IMG/VR virus record: IMGVR_UViG_3300045988_088815
Coordinates: 58,691 to 122,690 of that record
DNA: 64,000 nucleotides
Direction: 5' to 3' (one strand)
Source of the DNA: a virus
Numbering within the stretch: the stretch's first letter is position 1; each line of letters starts with the position of its first letter. The notes beneath the pieces are model-generated. The model had not been told where the DNA came from and did not search any database. It saw only the letters and a list, made by a program, of their open reading frames with translations. Made by a program: the position numbers and the translations under genes. Below, one piece after another: positions 1 to 8,115 of the stretch.

Positions 1-89
1 CGTGATTAACAATCTTACATACAAGATTAAGTCTCGTGTGTTCAAGTGCCAAGGAAAGACAGTTAAAGTTGTTTTAAAAAAGGTTGATA

Positions 90-431
90 ATGAAAATACG
101 AATAGTTAAATATGTTTGTGCCGATGGAGTAGAAAGAGGTATCTTGGAGTACCGTAACCATTGGTGGGAGAAGTGGGAGCCATTGCATCAGGACGGAAAG
201 CTGGCTTATGTTTCATATATGGGAACGAAACCATATAAGTCATTGCAGGAAGAGTGCTTTGATGTACTTGGATTGAATGAAGAACAGATAAAGGTGCGTG
301 AACAGATGTCCCGTTATATCTTGGATGCAGAAGAGGTATATGTTGGTGCTAGAATAGGCAACGAATATTATATCGGCTATGATGTTGATAATGATGAGAG
401 TCTTGAAACGCTTAGAAATTTGGAGGAATAG
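90..431 (+). CDS. hypothetical phage protein
   Basis: ORF track 84-431; first ATG at 90. Confidence 0.55.
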   Translation: MKIRIVKYVCADGVERGILEYRNHWWEKWEPLHQDGKLAYVSYMGTKPYKSLQEECFDVLGLNEEQIKVREQMSRYILDAEEVYVGARIGNEYYIGYDVDNDESLETLRNLEE

Positions 432-433
432 TT

Positions 434-730
434 ATGATCGGAAAGATTTTTTCGGTTAATACCGATATTGTATATCGTAGAGAGGAGAGTTTGAATCTCT
501 TCGAAGGCAAGAAAAAACTTGATAAGGTGGTGTCTGGTCGGGTATTCAAGGAACAAATCAAGTTGCTTGGTTTTACCATCAGGACAAAGTATTTTTATCA
601 GATTTGCTGTCCACAAGTCAATATGAATGATACCCATGAGGTTATTGTATTGAATAAGGTCGAGGATTTGGTAAGGACAGAGTGCTATAACAAGGTTGTT
701 GAATATTCTAATAGAAAACATCATGCCTAG
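434..730 (+). CDS. hypothetical phage protein
   Basis: ORF track; starts 2 nt after upstream stop. Confidence 0.5.
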   Translation: MIGKIFSVNTDIVYRREESLNLFEGKKKLDKVVSGRVFKEQIKLLGFTIRTKYFYQICCPQVNMNDTHEVIVLNKVEDLVRTECYNKVVEYSNRKHHA

Positions 731-1547
731 TGTTAATTGTTTCAGAAGAGTCTTGTTGAACGTAGGTGGCAAGAAGATAATTGTCAGTGTGCCGCATGGA
801 ATGACCGAAACCGAAGTAAACAAGGTTATGATTGTTACTAGAGGTTATCTTCAGCAATATGTCTATGTTGAAATGGTGTTGGCAGAGTGCTTCATGCAGA
901 AAATCGAAAAGAGTATTCTGAAGAAGAAATGCGTTAGGTTTGAAGTGAAGAAGAAGTGGGTGGACTGCAAGAAGAACCTTCGCAAGGCGATTAAGTATTA
1001 TGACGCTTATGTTCCTAATGCAGATTTCAATAACGAATTCGCAATGACGTTCTATGACAAGATTAGTGAAGACTTGTACAAGTTGCGAGATAAGCTTGCG
1101 GTGAGGTTACAGAACTTAGGGATTGGTGAAAAATCGGGAGTTTATGCGAATGCAATCATCCTGTACAATCTGACCAACCTTTGTTTGGGAACTTACGAGA
1201 ATATCATCCGTAAGCTGTATGAAGATTTGCATGTTAACTTAATGCAAGCGTTCAAGGATTTTGCTCCTATCTTGGCCTTTGAAAATTCTTATGACTTCAT
1301 GGCATTGGTGATGAATAAGGATTTCAAGAGACTTGCTGACCATTTGATGACTAAAGAGATTCTTTCTTATTTCGATAAGGTGAGAAACGGTGTCTTCAAC
1401 GAACAGACTTTGAATGCAGCCGCTGTAAATGCGACAGAAGACTTGAAAGACGATGAGAAGGATTTGCAGAAAACTTATATCGGAATTAGTGACTTTATGA
1501 AGAGTGACTATCCTTTGGAGAGTGTGACATCTAAGAAAGCAAGCTAA
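723..1547 (+). CDS. hypothetical phage protein
   Basis: ORF track 696-1547; first ATG at 723 overlaps upstream stop. Confidence 0.6.
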   Translation: MPSVNCFRRVLLNVGGKKIIVSVPHGMTETEVNKVMIVTRGYLQQYVYVEMVLAECFMQKIEKSILKKKCVRFEVKKKWVDCKKNLRKAIKYYDAYVPNADFNNEFAMTFYDKISEDLYKLRDKLAVRLQNLGIGEKSGVYANAIILYNLTNLCLGTYENIIRKLYEDLHVNLMQAFKDFAPILAFENSYDFMALVMNKDFKRLADHLMTKEILSYFDKVRNGVFNEQTLNAAAVNATEDLKDDEKDLQKTYIGISDFMKSDYPLESVTSKKAS

Positions 1548-1804
1548 TGAAAATCGAACCAAGTGAGTTCTTGCCTATAGGTAATGAATTTCAGAAAATC
1601 TTCGGAATAAGCTTTGGAAAATTCATTGATATGCGGTTTCTTTTAGCGAGAAAAGAGTTAGTCTTCAATCTACTGAAGTTCACAGATTGGCTTGAAGAGT
1701 GCTATCCGGATGAGTGTTCCATTGATGGAGTGAGCTATAATGCTGTTGTCGAGCGAAAGTTTGGTAAGCGAGGTGTTAAAATGATTAAGAAGTTGATAGG
1801 ATGA
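1547..1804 (+). CDS. hypothetical phage protein
   Basis: ORF track; ATGA overlap with upstream gene. Confidence 0.55.
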   Translation: MKIEPSEFLPIGNEFQKIFGISFGKFIDMRFLLARKELVFNLLKFTDWLEECYPDECSIDGVSYNAVVERKFGKRGVKMIKKLIG

Positions 1805-2526
1805 AGTACATGGGTAGTAAGGCTAGAATCGTGCATGAAATATTGCCGATTATGCTGGACAAGGAACATGATACGTTTGTAGATGCTTTCTGTGGTGGTT
1901 GTAGCGTTATTGAGAACGTTCCGGATACGTATCGCAGGATTGCCAACGATAAGAATAGGTATCTTATCGAAATGTGGAAGTATCTTCTGAATGATGGGTT
2001 TGTCTTCAACCATATTAGTAAGACGTTGTATAACTTTGCAAGAGACTGCTATCACGGAAAGAATAATTTCTTCACAGAAGCAGGTGTCGGACTAATTGAC
2101 TTTATGGCGAGCTTTAATGGCCGATTCTTTGATGGTGGCTATAGCGGACATAATGTTGTCGGCAAGAACGGAAAGGCAAGAGATTACATAAGGGAGCAGA
2201 TAGAAAACACAATGCGTGATGTGCCTCTTCTCAAAGGTGTTGAGTTCTATAGCGGCAGTTATGATGAACTTGTGATACCGGATAGGAGTATAGTGTATTG
2301 CGATTTGCCTTACAAAGCTACAAAAAAGTATGATGTATCAAAGAATTTCGATTACGAAAGATTCTATATATGGTGCATGGAAATGGCTAGGAGAGGTCAT
2401 AAGGTATTTATCAGCGAATACCAGATGCCCCAAGAGTTCAGATGTGTTTGGGAAAAGGAAGTAACCAATTCCCTTAACCCGAATATTACAAAGAGACCTA
2501 TTGAAAGGTTGTTTACTATTGATTAG
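1801..2526 (+). CDS. dam: DNA N6-adenine methyltransferase, D12/Dam class
   Basis: MKYMGSKARI N-terminus, FCGGCSV SAM motif, CDLPY catalytic (DPPY-type) motif in Dam order. Confidence 0.85.
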   Translation: MKYMGSKARIVHEILPIMLDKEHDTFVDAFCGGCSVIENVPDTYRRIANDKNRYLIEMWKYLLNDGFVFNHISKTLYNFARDCYHGKNNFFTEAGVGLIDFMASFNGRFFDGGYSGHNVVGKNGKARDYIREQIENTMRDVPLLKGVEFYSGSYDELVIPDRSIVYCDLPYKATKKYDVSKNFDYERFYIWCMEMARRGHKVFISEYQMPQEFRCVWEKEVTNSLNPNITKRPIERLFTID

Positions 2527-2535
2527 AATGAAGAA

Positions 2536-2694
2536 ATGAAAGGAACTTATTGCTTGGAGGATACGCTTTACAATACAAAGCGTTACTTCACTATGGAGAA
2601 TGGAGTGGTGTCAGGAACAGAACTTGCACAAGAAGACTTTAACGTGTTCCTTGATCTTGCAAGTCGGCTTGGTTATAATGTAGTGAAATTATGA
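2536..2694 (+). CDS. small hypothetical protein (52 aa)
   Basis: manual ORF below track cutoff; ATGA-coupled to next ORF. Confidence 0.35.
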   Translation: MKGTYCLEDTLYNTKRYFTMENGVVSGTELAQEDFNVFLDLASRLGYNVVKL

Positions 2695-2852
2695 CTAGGC
2701 GAGTACACAAGGATTGTCCGTTCACGGCAGAAGAATTGGATGAGTTCAGAGCAGCTTTGTATAATGTGAATACATCTTTTCACTGCTGTAATGCAGCTCC
2801 GGTAGACTGGGCGGCAGGATGGCAGCGGAATGATATAAGAAAGACGAGGTAG
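2691..2852 (+). CDS. small hypothetical protein (53 aa)
   Basis: manual ORF below track cutoff. Confidence 0.35.
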   Translation: MTRRVHKDCPFTAEELDEFRAALYNVNTSFHCCNAAPVDWAAGWQRNDIRKTR

Positions 2853-2884
2853 GATTTCCATAATCGACCAAATACCCACGTGTC

Positions 2885-2948
2885 AAAGCCGTGTGATGCC
2901 CAGCGTGGGGGCGGGATTGTAAACTTAGGAGTCACACGGCTTTATTTT
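2885..2948 (+). terminator. long-stem hairpin followed by a T-run
   Basis: AAAGCCGTGTGA...TCACACGGCTTT 12-bp stem, GC-rich 35-nt loop, then TTTATTTTG. Confidence 0.5.
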
Positions 2949-3100
2949 GAAGTTTCATAACTACAAATAGCCTATCGCTAATGGTTGTTCCCTTGGGCAG
3001 GGAGATAGTTAATACCGCATCGTAAGATGTGAACACTTAAAATTTGCCGACAACCATTGGCACTTTAATTATAAAACAGGTGAAAGTTCTTGCCGATTTC

Positions 3101-3132
3101 CTTGCATATATGAAAGAAATTTCGTATCTTTG
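3101..3132 (+). promoter_or_regulatory. Bacteroidota-type promoter (-33 CTTG, -7 TATCTTTG) for tnpB
   Basis: 20-nt spacing between the boxes; -7 box at 3125-3132. Confidence 0.6.
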
Positions 3133-3144
3133 CAAGTGAATTTC

Positions 3145-3169
3145 GGTGAGACACACCTTTCAAAAACTG
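3145..3169 (+). promoter_or_regulatory. conserved 5' leader: GGTGagacaCACC hairpin plus AAAAACTG
   Basis: same motif recurs before at least 5 other genes (see findings). Confidence 0.6.
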
Positions 3170-3185
3170 GTTAAAATTTAAGAAT

Positions 3186-4322
3186 ATGATTTCATACAAG
3201 TACAAGCTATATCGGACGAAGAAGACGAAGCATTTGGATAAGATGCTCCGTGAGGCTTGCTATGTTTGGAATCACGCTCTTGCCTTGCAGAAGAGATATT
3301 ATAAGCTGTATCACAAGTACATTCCAAGATTTACTATGTATAAGCATTTCTCTAAGTGTTATAAACCAACATTGCTTAATTGTCAAACAGTTAGGGAGGT
3401 GTTGGATAGATTGGATATATCTTACAAGCGTTTCTTCAAGCATGATGCGAAGCGTCCACCAAAATTTAAGAAAGCAATAGAATTTGGTTCATTTGCCTTT
3501 CAACAAAATGGCTATTCCCTTAGTGGAAACGAGTTTGTGATAAACAAGATAAAGAAGTCATTTAAGTTCTCTCTGAGCCGTCCCTACGATGGTAAGGTCA
3601 AGAGGGTGTCGGTCAAGCGAAACAAGTTGGGCGAGTACTTTATCGTCCTTTGCTTAGACAAGCAAGCCGAGTCTTACGGAAAGTCACATGATGGTGCATC
3701 CGTGGGCATCGACTTTGGATTGAAGAAGTACATGACTTTGAGCGATGGGCGTGAGATTGATAATCCTCAGTTCCTTAAAACTGACTTGTTGGAGCTTAGA
3801 CGCAGGTCTCGCAACCTCTCGAAGTGCAAGAAGGGCAGCAATAACCGCAAGCGCAAGAAGCTGGAGTTGGAGCGATTGTATCAAAACATCGTGAACAAGC
3901 GTTCCGATTTCCAGTGGAAGATGGCGCATGAGTTGTGCAAGCGTTATGACTTGATTTGCTTGGAGGATTTGAACTTGGAGGGAATGAAGCGTAATTGGGG
4001 ACGCAAGATGTCTGACTTGGCTCATGGCGATTTCGTTGTGAAGTTGGAACACGTTGCGAAAAAATATGGCGTTCAGGTTCATAAGATTGACCGATTCTTC
4101 CCTTCGAGCCGCCTTTGTACTTGTGGTTATAAGAATGATAAGCTGTCATTGAGTGATAGGGTTTGGACTTGTCCTATTTGTGGTGCAGTTCATCCTAGAG
4201 ACCTCTTTGCAGCTGAGAATATACTTCGGCAGGGCATTGCCGAATTGGGTAGTGGTAGTAAGCCGTCCGAGCAATCGCAAGGGTGCAGCCACGTTAGTCA
4301 CCCAACAATTCCTTGCAAGTAG
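3186..4322 (+). CDS. tnpB: TnpB RNA-guided endonuclease (IS200/IS605 OrfB family)
   Basis: RuvC-I VGIDFGL, RuvC-II CLEDLNL, Zn ribbon CTCG..WTCPICG, RuvC-III HPRDLFAAENI; typical N-terminus YKYKLY. Confidence 0.9.
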   Translation: MISYKYKLYRTKKTKHLDKMLREACYVWNHALALQKRYYKLYHKYIPRFTMYKHFSKCYKPTLLNCQTVREVLDRLDISYKRFFKHDAKRPPKFKKAIEFGSFAFQQNGYSLSGNEFVINKIKKSFKFSLSRPYDGKVKRVSVKRNKLGEYFIVLCLDKQAESYGKSHDGASVGIDFGLKKYMTLSDGREIDNPQFLKTDLLELRRRSRNLSKCKKGSNNRKRKKLELERLYQNIVNKRSDFQWKMAHELCKRYDLICLEDLNLEGMKRNWGRKMSDLAHGDFVVKLEHVAKKYGVQVHKIDRFFPSSRLCTCGYKNDKLSLSDRVWTCPICGAVHPRDLFAAENILRQGIAELGSGSKPSEQSQGCSHVSHPTIPCK

Positions 4323-4418
4323 CGAGGGAGTATGTCATCAAACCAGGTCACTGGGGAGGTGTTGACACCAACAAGGGTTTAAATCCCTTGTCATCCACTA
4401 ATTTTAAAAGGTTAAATT

Positions 4419-4646
4419 ATGAATGAGTATTGTGAGAATTTGATTTCAAATGGAGTTCCTAGCTGGATAGTAGAGGAGGCTTATAAATTTACAATTGAGC
4501 CTTTGAAATCAACAGAAGGCTTGGTAGGAATTGATAAGGAAAATAGTGAGCTATATAGAAATGTCATTATCGCAGCCTACATTGAGGGTGCTAGTGCTAC
4601 ATTGGTAAAAGTGCAAAGATATTATGGCGGTGAGGAACATAGTTAG
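4419..4646 (+). CDS. hypothetical phage protein
   Basis: ORF track. Confidence 0.5.
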   Translation: MNEYCENLISNGVPSWIVEEAYKFTIEPLKSTEGLVGIDKENSELYRNVIIAAYIEGASATLVKVQRYYGGEEHS

Positions 4647-4863
4647 ACAATGGAACGAGGCAACAGAAGGATATTCGTACCGCTTTAAAGGTGGAGATAT
4701 TTTCCTCCGGTTGGTTAAGGCTGAAGGCAGTTATGAATTGCGTAACCCTATAGGTTATGGTGTTCAAGTAGTCAAATGCAAAGACTTGGATGAAGCAGAT
4801 ACAAAAGCCAAGGAAGTGCTAGAAGCGTTTTTTGAAGACAAAGTAAACATAAAAGTTATTTGA
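4624..4863 (+). CDS. hypothetical phage protein
   Basis: ORF track. Confidence 0.5.
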   Translation: MAVRNIVRQWNEATEGYSYRFKGGDIFLRLVKAEGSYELRNPIGYGVQVVKCKDLDEADTKAKEVLEAFFEDKVNIKVI

Positions 4864-4865
4864 TT

Positions 4866-5135
4866 ATGGACTTAGAAATGTTGATTGATAAGATAGACTT
4901 TAGTCAAGGTGCAAGGCAGATAGCCAAGCAAGCCTTGGAGTTGGGAATGAAATATCAAAAGGAAGGTGCTTGGCATTCGGTTGAAGAATTGCCGGAGTAC
5001 AACAGACGCATTGTCGGTCTGACTAAGGTTCGTAAGCGTTTCAAGCATCTGAATTTCTTAGGCGAGGAATGGTGGAATAGGTTCACGAAATCAAACGCCA
5101 TCTATAAATGGGCTTATGTGGATGATTTGATATGA
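4866..5135 (+). CDS. DUF551-like phage protein
   Basis: ATG at 4866; WHSVEELPEY...KWAYVDDLI pattern shared with 6397-6603 and 59380-59712. Confidence 0.5.
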   Translation: MDLEMLIDKIDFSQGARQIAKQALELGMKYQKEGAWHSVEELPEYNRRIVGLTKVRKRFKHLNFLGEEWWNRFTKSNAIYKWAYVDDLI

Positions 5136-5180
5136 TAGTAATCGTAGAAATCCATAATGCTATTTTGTTTTAAAGGTTTG

Positions 5181-5220
5181 CCCCATCACTATATAATAAT
5201 GTAGTGGTGGGGATTTTTTT
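5181..5220 (+). terminator. intrinsic terminator
   Basis: CCCCATCACTA..TAGTGGTGGGG stem followed by T7. Confidence 0.75.
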
Positions 5221-5292
5221 GTGTTAACGTCAGTAAATTATCGGTGTTATATGTTATGATATATTAAAGAACAAAAGAAACACATTAAAAAG

Positions 5293-5324
5293 TTTGCATA
5301 TTTCGGATATTCTTTGTATCTTTG
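5293..5324 (+). promoter_or_regulatory. Bacteroidota-type promoter (TTTG / TATCTTTG)
   Basis: consensus boxes with 20-nt spacing. Confidence 0.65.
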
Positions 5325-5394
5325 CATTGTAATTAAGAAACAAGGTTACTAATTTAAAAAAGGTGAGACACACCACAAAAACTGTAAGAAGAAA

Positions 5395-5655
5395 GTGGAA
5401 AAGAATAATGTTTATGTAGAGGTGTTGACAAAGATTGCCAGCCTCATGGGTAGAACAAAGGAGTCTATCCAGATGTCGTCTTCAAATACTCATACGAGTA
5501 TTACGATGTTTGCCGAAAATAATAGCAAGATTATTGGAAATTGGTATTTTGATGCTTCCGATAGCAAGGAGTTGGTGGATGCTACCTTCAATGGTCTGAA
5601 GGCTTTGGTTGAGTCTCTTGAGCACAATAAGAGCAATGACGGACAAGCAGCGTAA
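5395..5655 (+). CDS. hypothetical phage protein
   Basis: GTG start sits where the ATG lies in repeat copy 3 (53861). Confidence 0.55.
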   Translation: MEKNNVYVEVLTKIASLMGRTKESIQMSSSNTHTSITMFAENNSKIIGNWYFDASDSKELVDATFNGLKALVESLEHNKSNDGQAA

Positions 5656-5884
5656 GTACATAGAAAGTCTTATCAAGAAAGTGTTTCGTAATGCAGATTC
5701 GCAGAGCGAAATACTTTCCAGATTGGATAGGGTTAAGATTTCAAGCCATCAAGCTTCAGTAATGATACATGCATTGAAGTTAGAGTGCAACATCGGTCGT
5801 TCCGTTCCGGCATATATGTTAATGGCAAACAATCTAAATCCAAAAATGGATGAGTTCTTTAGTATATTAGGGTACGATGAATGA
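5636..5884 (+). CDS. hypothetical phage protein
   Basis: ORF track 5609-5884; first ATG at 5636. Confidence 0.5.
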   Translation: MTDKQRKYIESLIKKVFRNADSQSEILSRLDRVKISSHQASVMIHALKLECNIGRSVPAYMLMANNLNPKMDEFFSILGYDE

Positions 5885-5913
5885 CGTATTCTTCAAGAAG
5901 AAAAGAAGTTGAT

Positions 5914-6189
5914 ATGAAAAAGGTAATTATGATAATAGCCGTTGCCGCCATTTTGGTAGGTTGTAAAGGTAAGGGTACAAGAGTCCAAATCTCGGATTCT
6001 GTTGACAAATTCAAGGTCGAGAAATTGTTTGTTGTAGATAGTATAACAGTGTACAGGTTTTATGACCAAGGAAATGCTATCTATTTCACTAACCGGAAAG
6101 GTAGGGTAGATGCGACCCATTCCGAGTACAATCCGGTTACTCATACATACAATGACGAGGTTAACGAAACTTTATGTGAAGGAGATTGA
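5914..6189 (+). CDS. putative lipoprotein
   Basis: MKKVIMIIAVAAILVGC signal peptide with lipobox from the internal ATG at 5914. Confidence 0.55.
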   Translation: MKKVIMIIAVAAILVGCKGKGTRVQISDSVDKFKVEKLFVVDSITVYRFYDQGNAIYFTNRKGRVDATHSEYNPVTHTYNDEVNETLCEGD

Positions 6190-6191
6190 AA

Positions 6192-6404
6192 ATGAATAAA
6201 CGAAAATGCAAGAAGTTATTCTACAAGGAGAGTGCTAAATGGCTTTTGAAAAGAGGTTGGACTGACGGTTATATAAGTCCTAATACTATAAAATATGTAG
6301 TAAGAAAGTTAGAAAAACTCACAAAGTTAAAACTTTTATACTACTTACATAATAAAGTTGAAGAAGATTGCTTTGTGATAAGGAAGGAGGTGAACAATGA
6401 CTAA
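6192..6404 (+). CDS. hypothetical phage protein
   Basis: ORF track; ATG at 6192. Confidence 0.45.
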   Translation: MNKRKCKKLFYKESAKWLLKRGWTDGYISPNTIKYVVRKLEKLTKLKLLYYLHNKVEEDCFVIRKEVNND

Positions 6405-6603
6405 ATGGTACCCTGCAAAAGAAGCTCCAAACTACGAAGAATGGATTCTTACAGAATGGTATGATGGAGACGATGGATGTATTAAGTACGATGCTGATTA
6501 TCTTTACTGTCTTGTTTATTGGAAAGATTATGTAAAGAGAAACAACATCACAAAGTGGTGCTATATTGATGATTTACTGCCAAAGAAAGGAGATGAGCAA
6601 TGA
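6397..6603 (+). CDS. DUF551-like phage protein
   Basis: KWYPAKEAPNYEEW..KWCYIDDLLP; GGAGG lies 8 nt upstream. Confidence 0.5.
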   Translation: MTKWYPAKEAPNYEEWILTEWYDGDDGCIKYDADYLYCLVYWKDYVKRNNITKWCYIDDLLPKKGDEQ

Positions 6604-6761
6604 AAACATTTATCTTTGATGTTATGCTCAACGGAAGATTTGTCTGCACGTTAAAGTATAAATATTGTGCGCTCTTCCCGATAGATTTTGAAGATTTAGA
6701 AAAGTTCGTCCTCCAAAAGAGACCTACTTTGAAAGGTTATGATTTTAGAATTATGTTTTAA
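6600..6761 (+). CDS. small hypothetical protein
   Basis: manual ORF; ATGA overlap. Confidence 0.4.
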   Translation: MKTFIFDVMLNGRFVCTLKYKYCALFPIDFEDLEKFVLQKRPTLKGYDFRIMF

Positions 6762-6773
6762 GGAGTAAAGCGT

Positions 6774-6923
6774 ATGTATTTTGAATATAGAATAGTCAAA
6801 ATTGAGAAAGGTTTGTTTTTCATCGAGTATAAGACCGCTCCTTATGGAGTTTGGCATGAAGTAGATAAAAAGTTCAAAACTAAGCCAAAGGCAGAAGCTT
6901 GGGCTAGAAAGAACTTAGTTTAA
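6774..6923 (+). CDS. small hypothetical protein
   Basis: manual ORF; preceded by the GTAAAGCGTATG junction motif. Confidence 0.4.
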   Translation: MYFEYRIVKIEKGLFFIEYKTAPYGVWHEVDKKFKTKPKAEAWARKNLV

Positions 6924-6936
6924 TGAAGTAAAGCGT

Positions 6937-7170
6937 ATGAATGGATTGTTATCAATGATTGGTATGCAAACTGAATTGGAATACCAAATGGGTGATGATT
7001 TTCCTTTCGGTGTTCCACGTATCAGATTTAATGTTCCAAATGGCAACATTCCATCCGATAAGCAGAAGTGCCAGCCAAAGGCGCAGCATGAGTTCACCAT
7101 CAAAGGTATTAAGATTATGGCAGCTTCAAAGAAAGATGCTATTAAGAAGTTTAATCATCGTAAAAAGTAA
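6937..7170 (+). CDS. hypothetical phage protein
   Basis: ORF track; GTAAAGCGTATG junction. Confidence 0.5.
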   Translation: MNGLLSMIGMQTELEYQMGDDFPFGVPRIRFNVPNGNIPSDKQKCQPKAQHEFTIKGIKIMAASKKDAIKKFNHRKK

Positions 7171-7175
7171 AGCGT

Positions 7176-7718
7176 ATGTTGTACGAAGCAAAACAGGGAA
7201 GTAAGGCTTATGAATACATTAAGAGTATTCTCGATGCTGAATTTGAAGAGCATCAATCATACATGAAACGAGTAGAAGAAGCCGTTGGCTTCGAGTTTGA
7301 GAAGTATCAAGGTTATCAGCCTAACCGCAGTCTGCTGCGAGAATATGAAATAACCGCCATCTGGATACCATCCGAGCGTTTCGCCACGCTAGATAAAAAA
7401 GTATGGAGAAAGGTAGATAGCAAAATGCTAGAGGATGGCTATTATGTAGCCGTAGCGCCTAACAAGCGATATAAGCAGGGCAAGGCTGTCGCCGCCGTAC
7501 TTGCATCCTACAAGGCTATCACCAACCATTTCAAGATATTGAATGAGTTGGGCATAGGGGATTCTCAAAGTGGTTCTATCTCCATCACTCAGCTTCTCCG
7601 TCACAAAGACCGCATTTTCGCCTTCTTCGATGATGGCATCCGAGCAGAGAAATGTAACTCCGATTTCAAGGAAATCACGATAGGTGAATATGAGGATCTT
7701 ATTAATAGCAAAGATTAA
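7176..7718 (+). CDS. hypothetical phage protein
   Basis: ORF track; GTAAAGCGTATG junction. Confidence 0.6.
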   Translation: MLYEAKQGSKAYEYIKSILDAEFEEHQSYMKRVEEAVGFEFEKYQGYQPNRSLLREYEITAIWIPSERFATLDKKVWRKVDSKMLEDGYYVAVAPNKRYKQGKAVAAVLASYKAITNHFKILNELGIGDSQSGSISITQLLRHKDRIFAFFDDGIRAEKCNSDFKEITIGEYEDLINSKD

Positions 7719-7723
7719 AGCGT

Positions 7724-8113
7724 ATGGCACAGAAATATATTGAAGATGACTTTGTGATGACAAGAACAGAGCCAAACAACTTTACACCAAATGGTGTTGT
7801 TTGTAAGTTTGTTGACTATGAAACAATAGACAAAGTGTTATTAAGAGCGATTAATGGCATTGATGGATTTATTGTAGAAAAAGGTCAGTTTGTTCCTATT
7901 CCTCTTACCCCATCCATTCTAGAGAAGAATGGATGGGAACATAAGGACGATATATATTTCAAGGAATTTCCACACCGAAAGCTTGTAATCATGGATGAGA
8001 ATGCATATATAATCAATGAATGTTGTTCGATGTTTCTTTGTCCAGCCAAGTTTGTTCCACAACTCCAGCACCTTCTCTTCGGTCTTGGTCTTAATCACAA
8101 AATGGAGGTGTAG
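7724..8113 (+). CDS. hypothetical phage protein, paralog of 57689-58156
   Basis: shared PIPLT..ILEKNGW and C-terminus QLQHLLFGLGLNHKMEV. Confidence 0.6.
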   Translation: MAQKYIEDDFVMTRTEPNNFTPNGVVCKFVDYETIDKVLLRAINGIDGFIVEKGQFVPIPLTPSILEKNGWEHKDDIYFKEFPHRKLVIMDENAYIINECCSMFLCPAKFVPQLQHLLFGLGLNHKMEV

Positions 8114-8115
8114 GT

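Larger units (their letters stand above)
2950..4410 (+). mobile_element. IS200/IS605-family tnpB-only element or domesticated remnant; ends not defined
   Basis: intact tnpB, no tnpA; structured flanks at 2977-3061 and 4360-4390; boundaries are guesses. Confidence 0.4.
5165..5394 (+). repeat. about 230-bp terminator-promoter-leader repeat, copy 1
   Basis: near-identical by eye to 53631-53860; 3' half also matches 32928-33042. Confidence 0.8.

Noticed and set aside
2-106. Possible 3' end of a + strand ORF entering from the left edge
   Set aside because: Only about 35 codons are visible and there are no recognisable motifs. That is too little to report as a feature.
3145-3169. The leader motif GGTGAGACACACC..AAAAACTG as a TnpB guide target or TAM site
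   Set aside because: I saw no complementarity between this motif and the sequence following the predicted tnpB 3' structured region (about 4391-4410). Its position relative to promoters and start codons fits a 5'-UTR element better.
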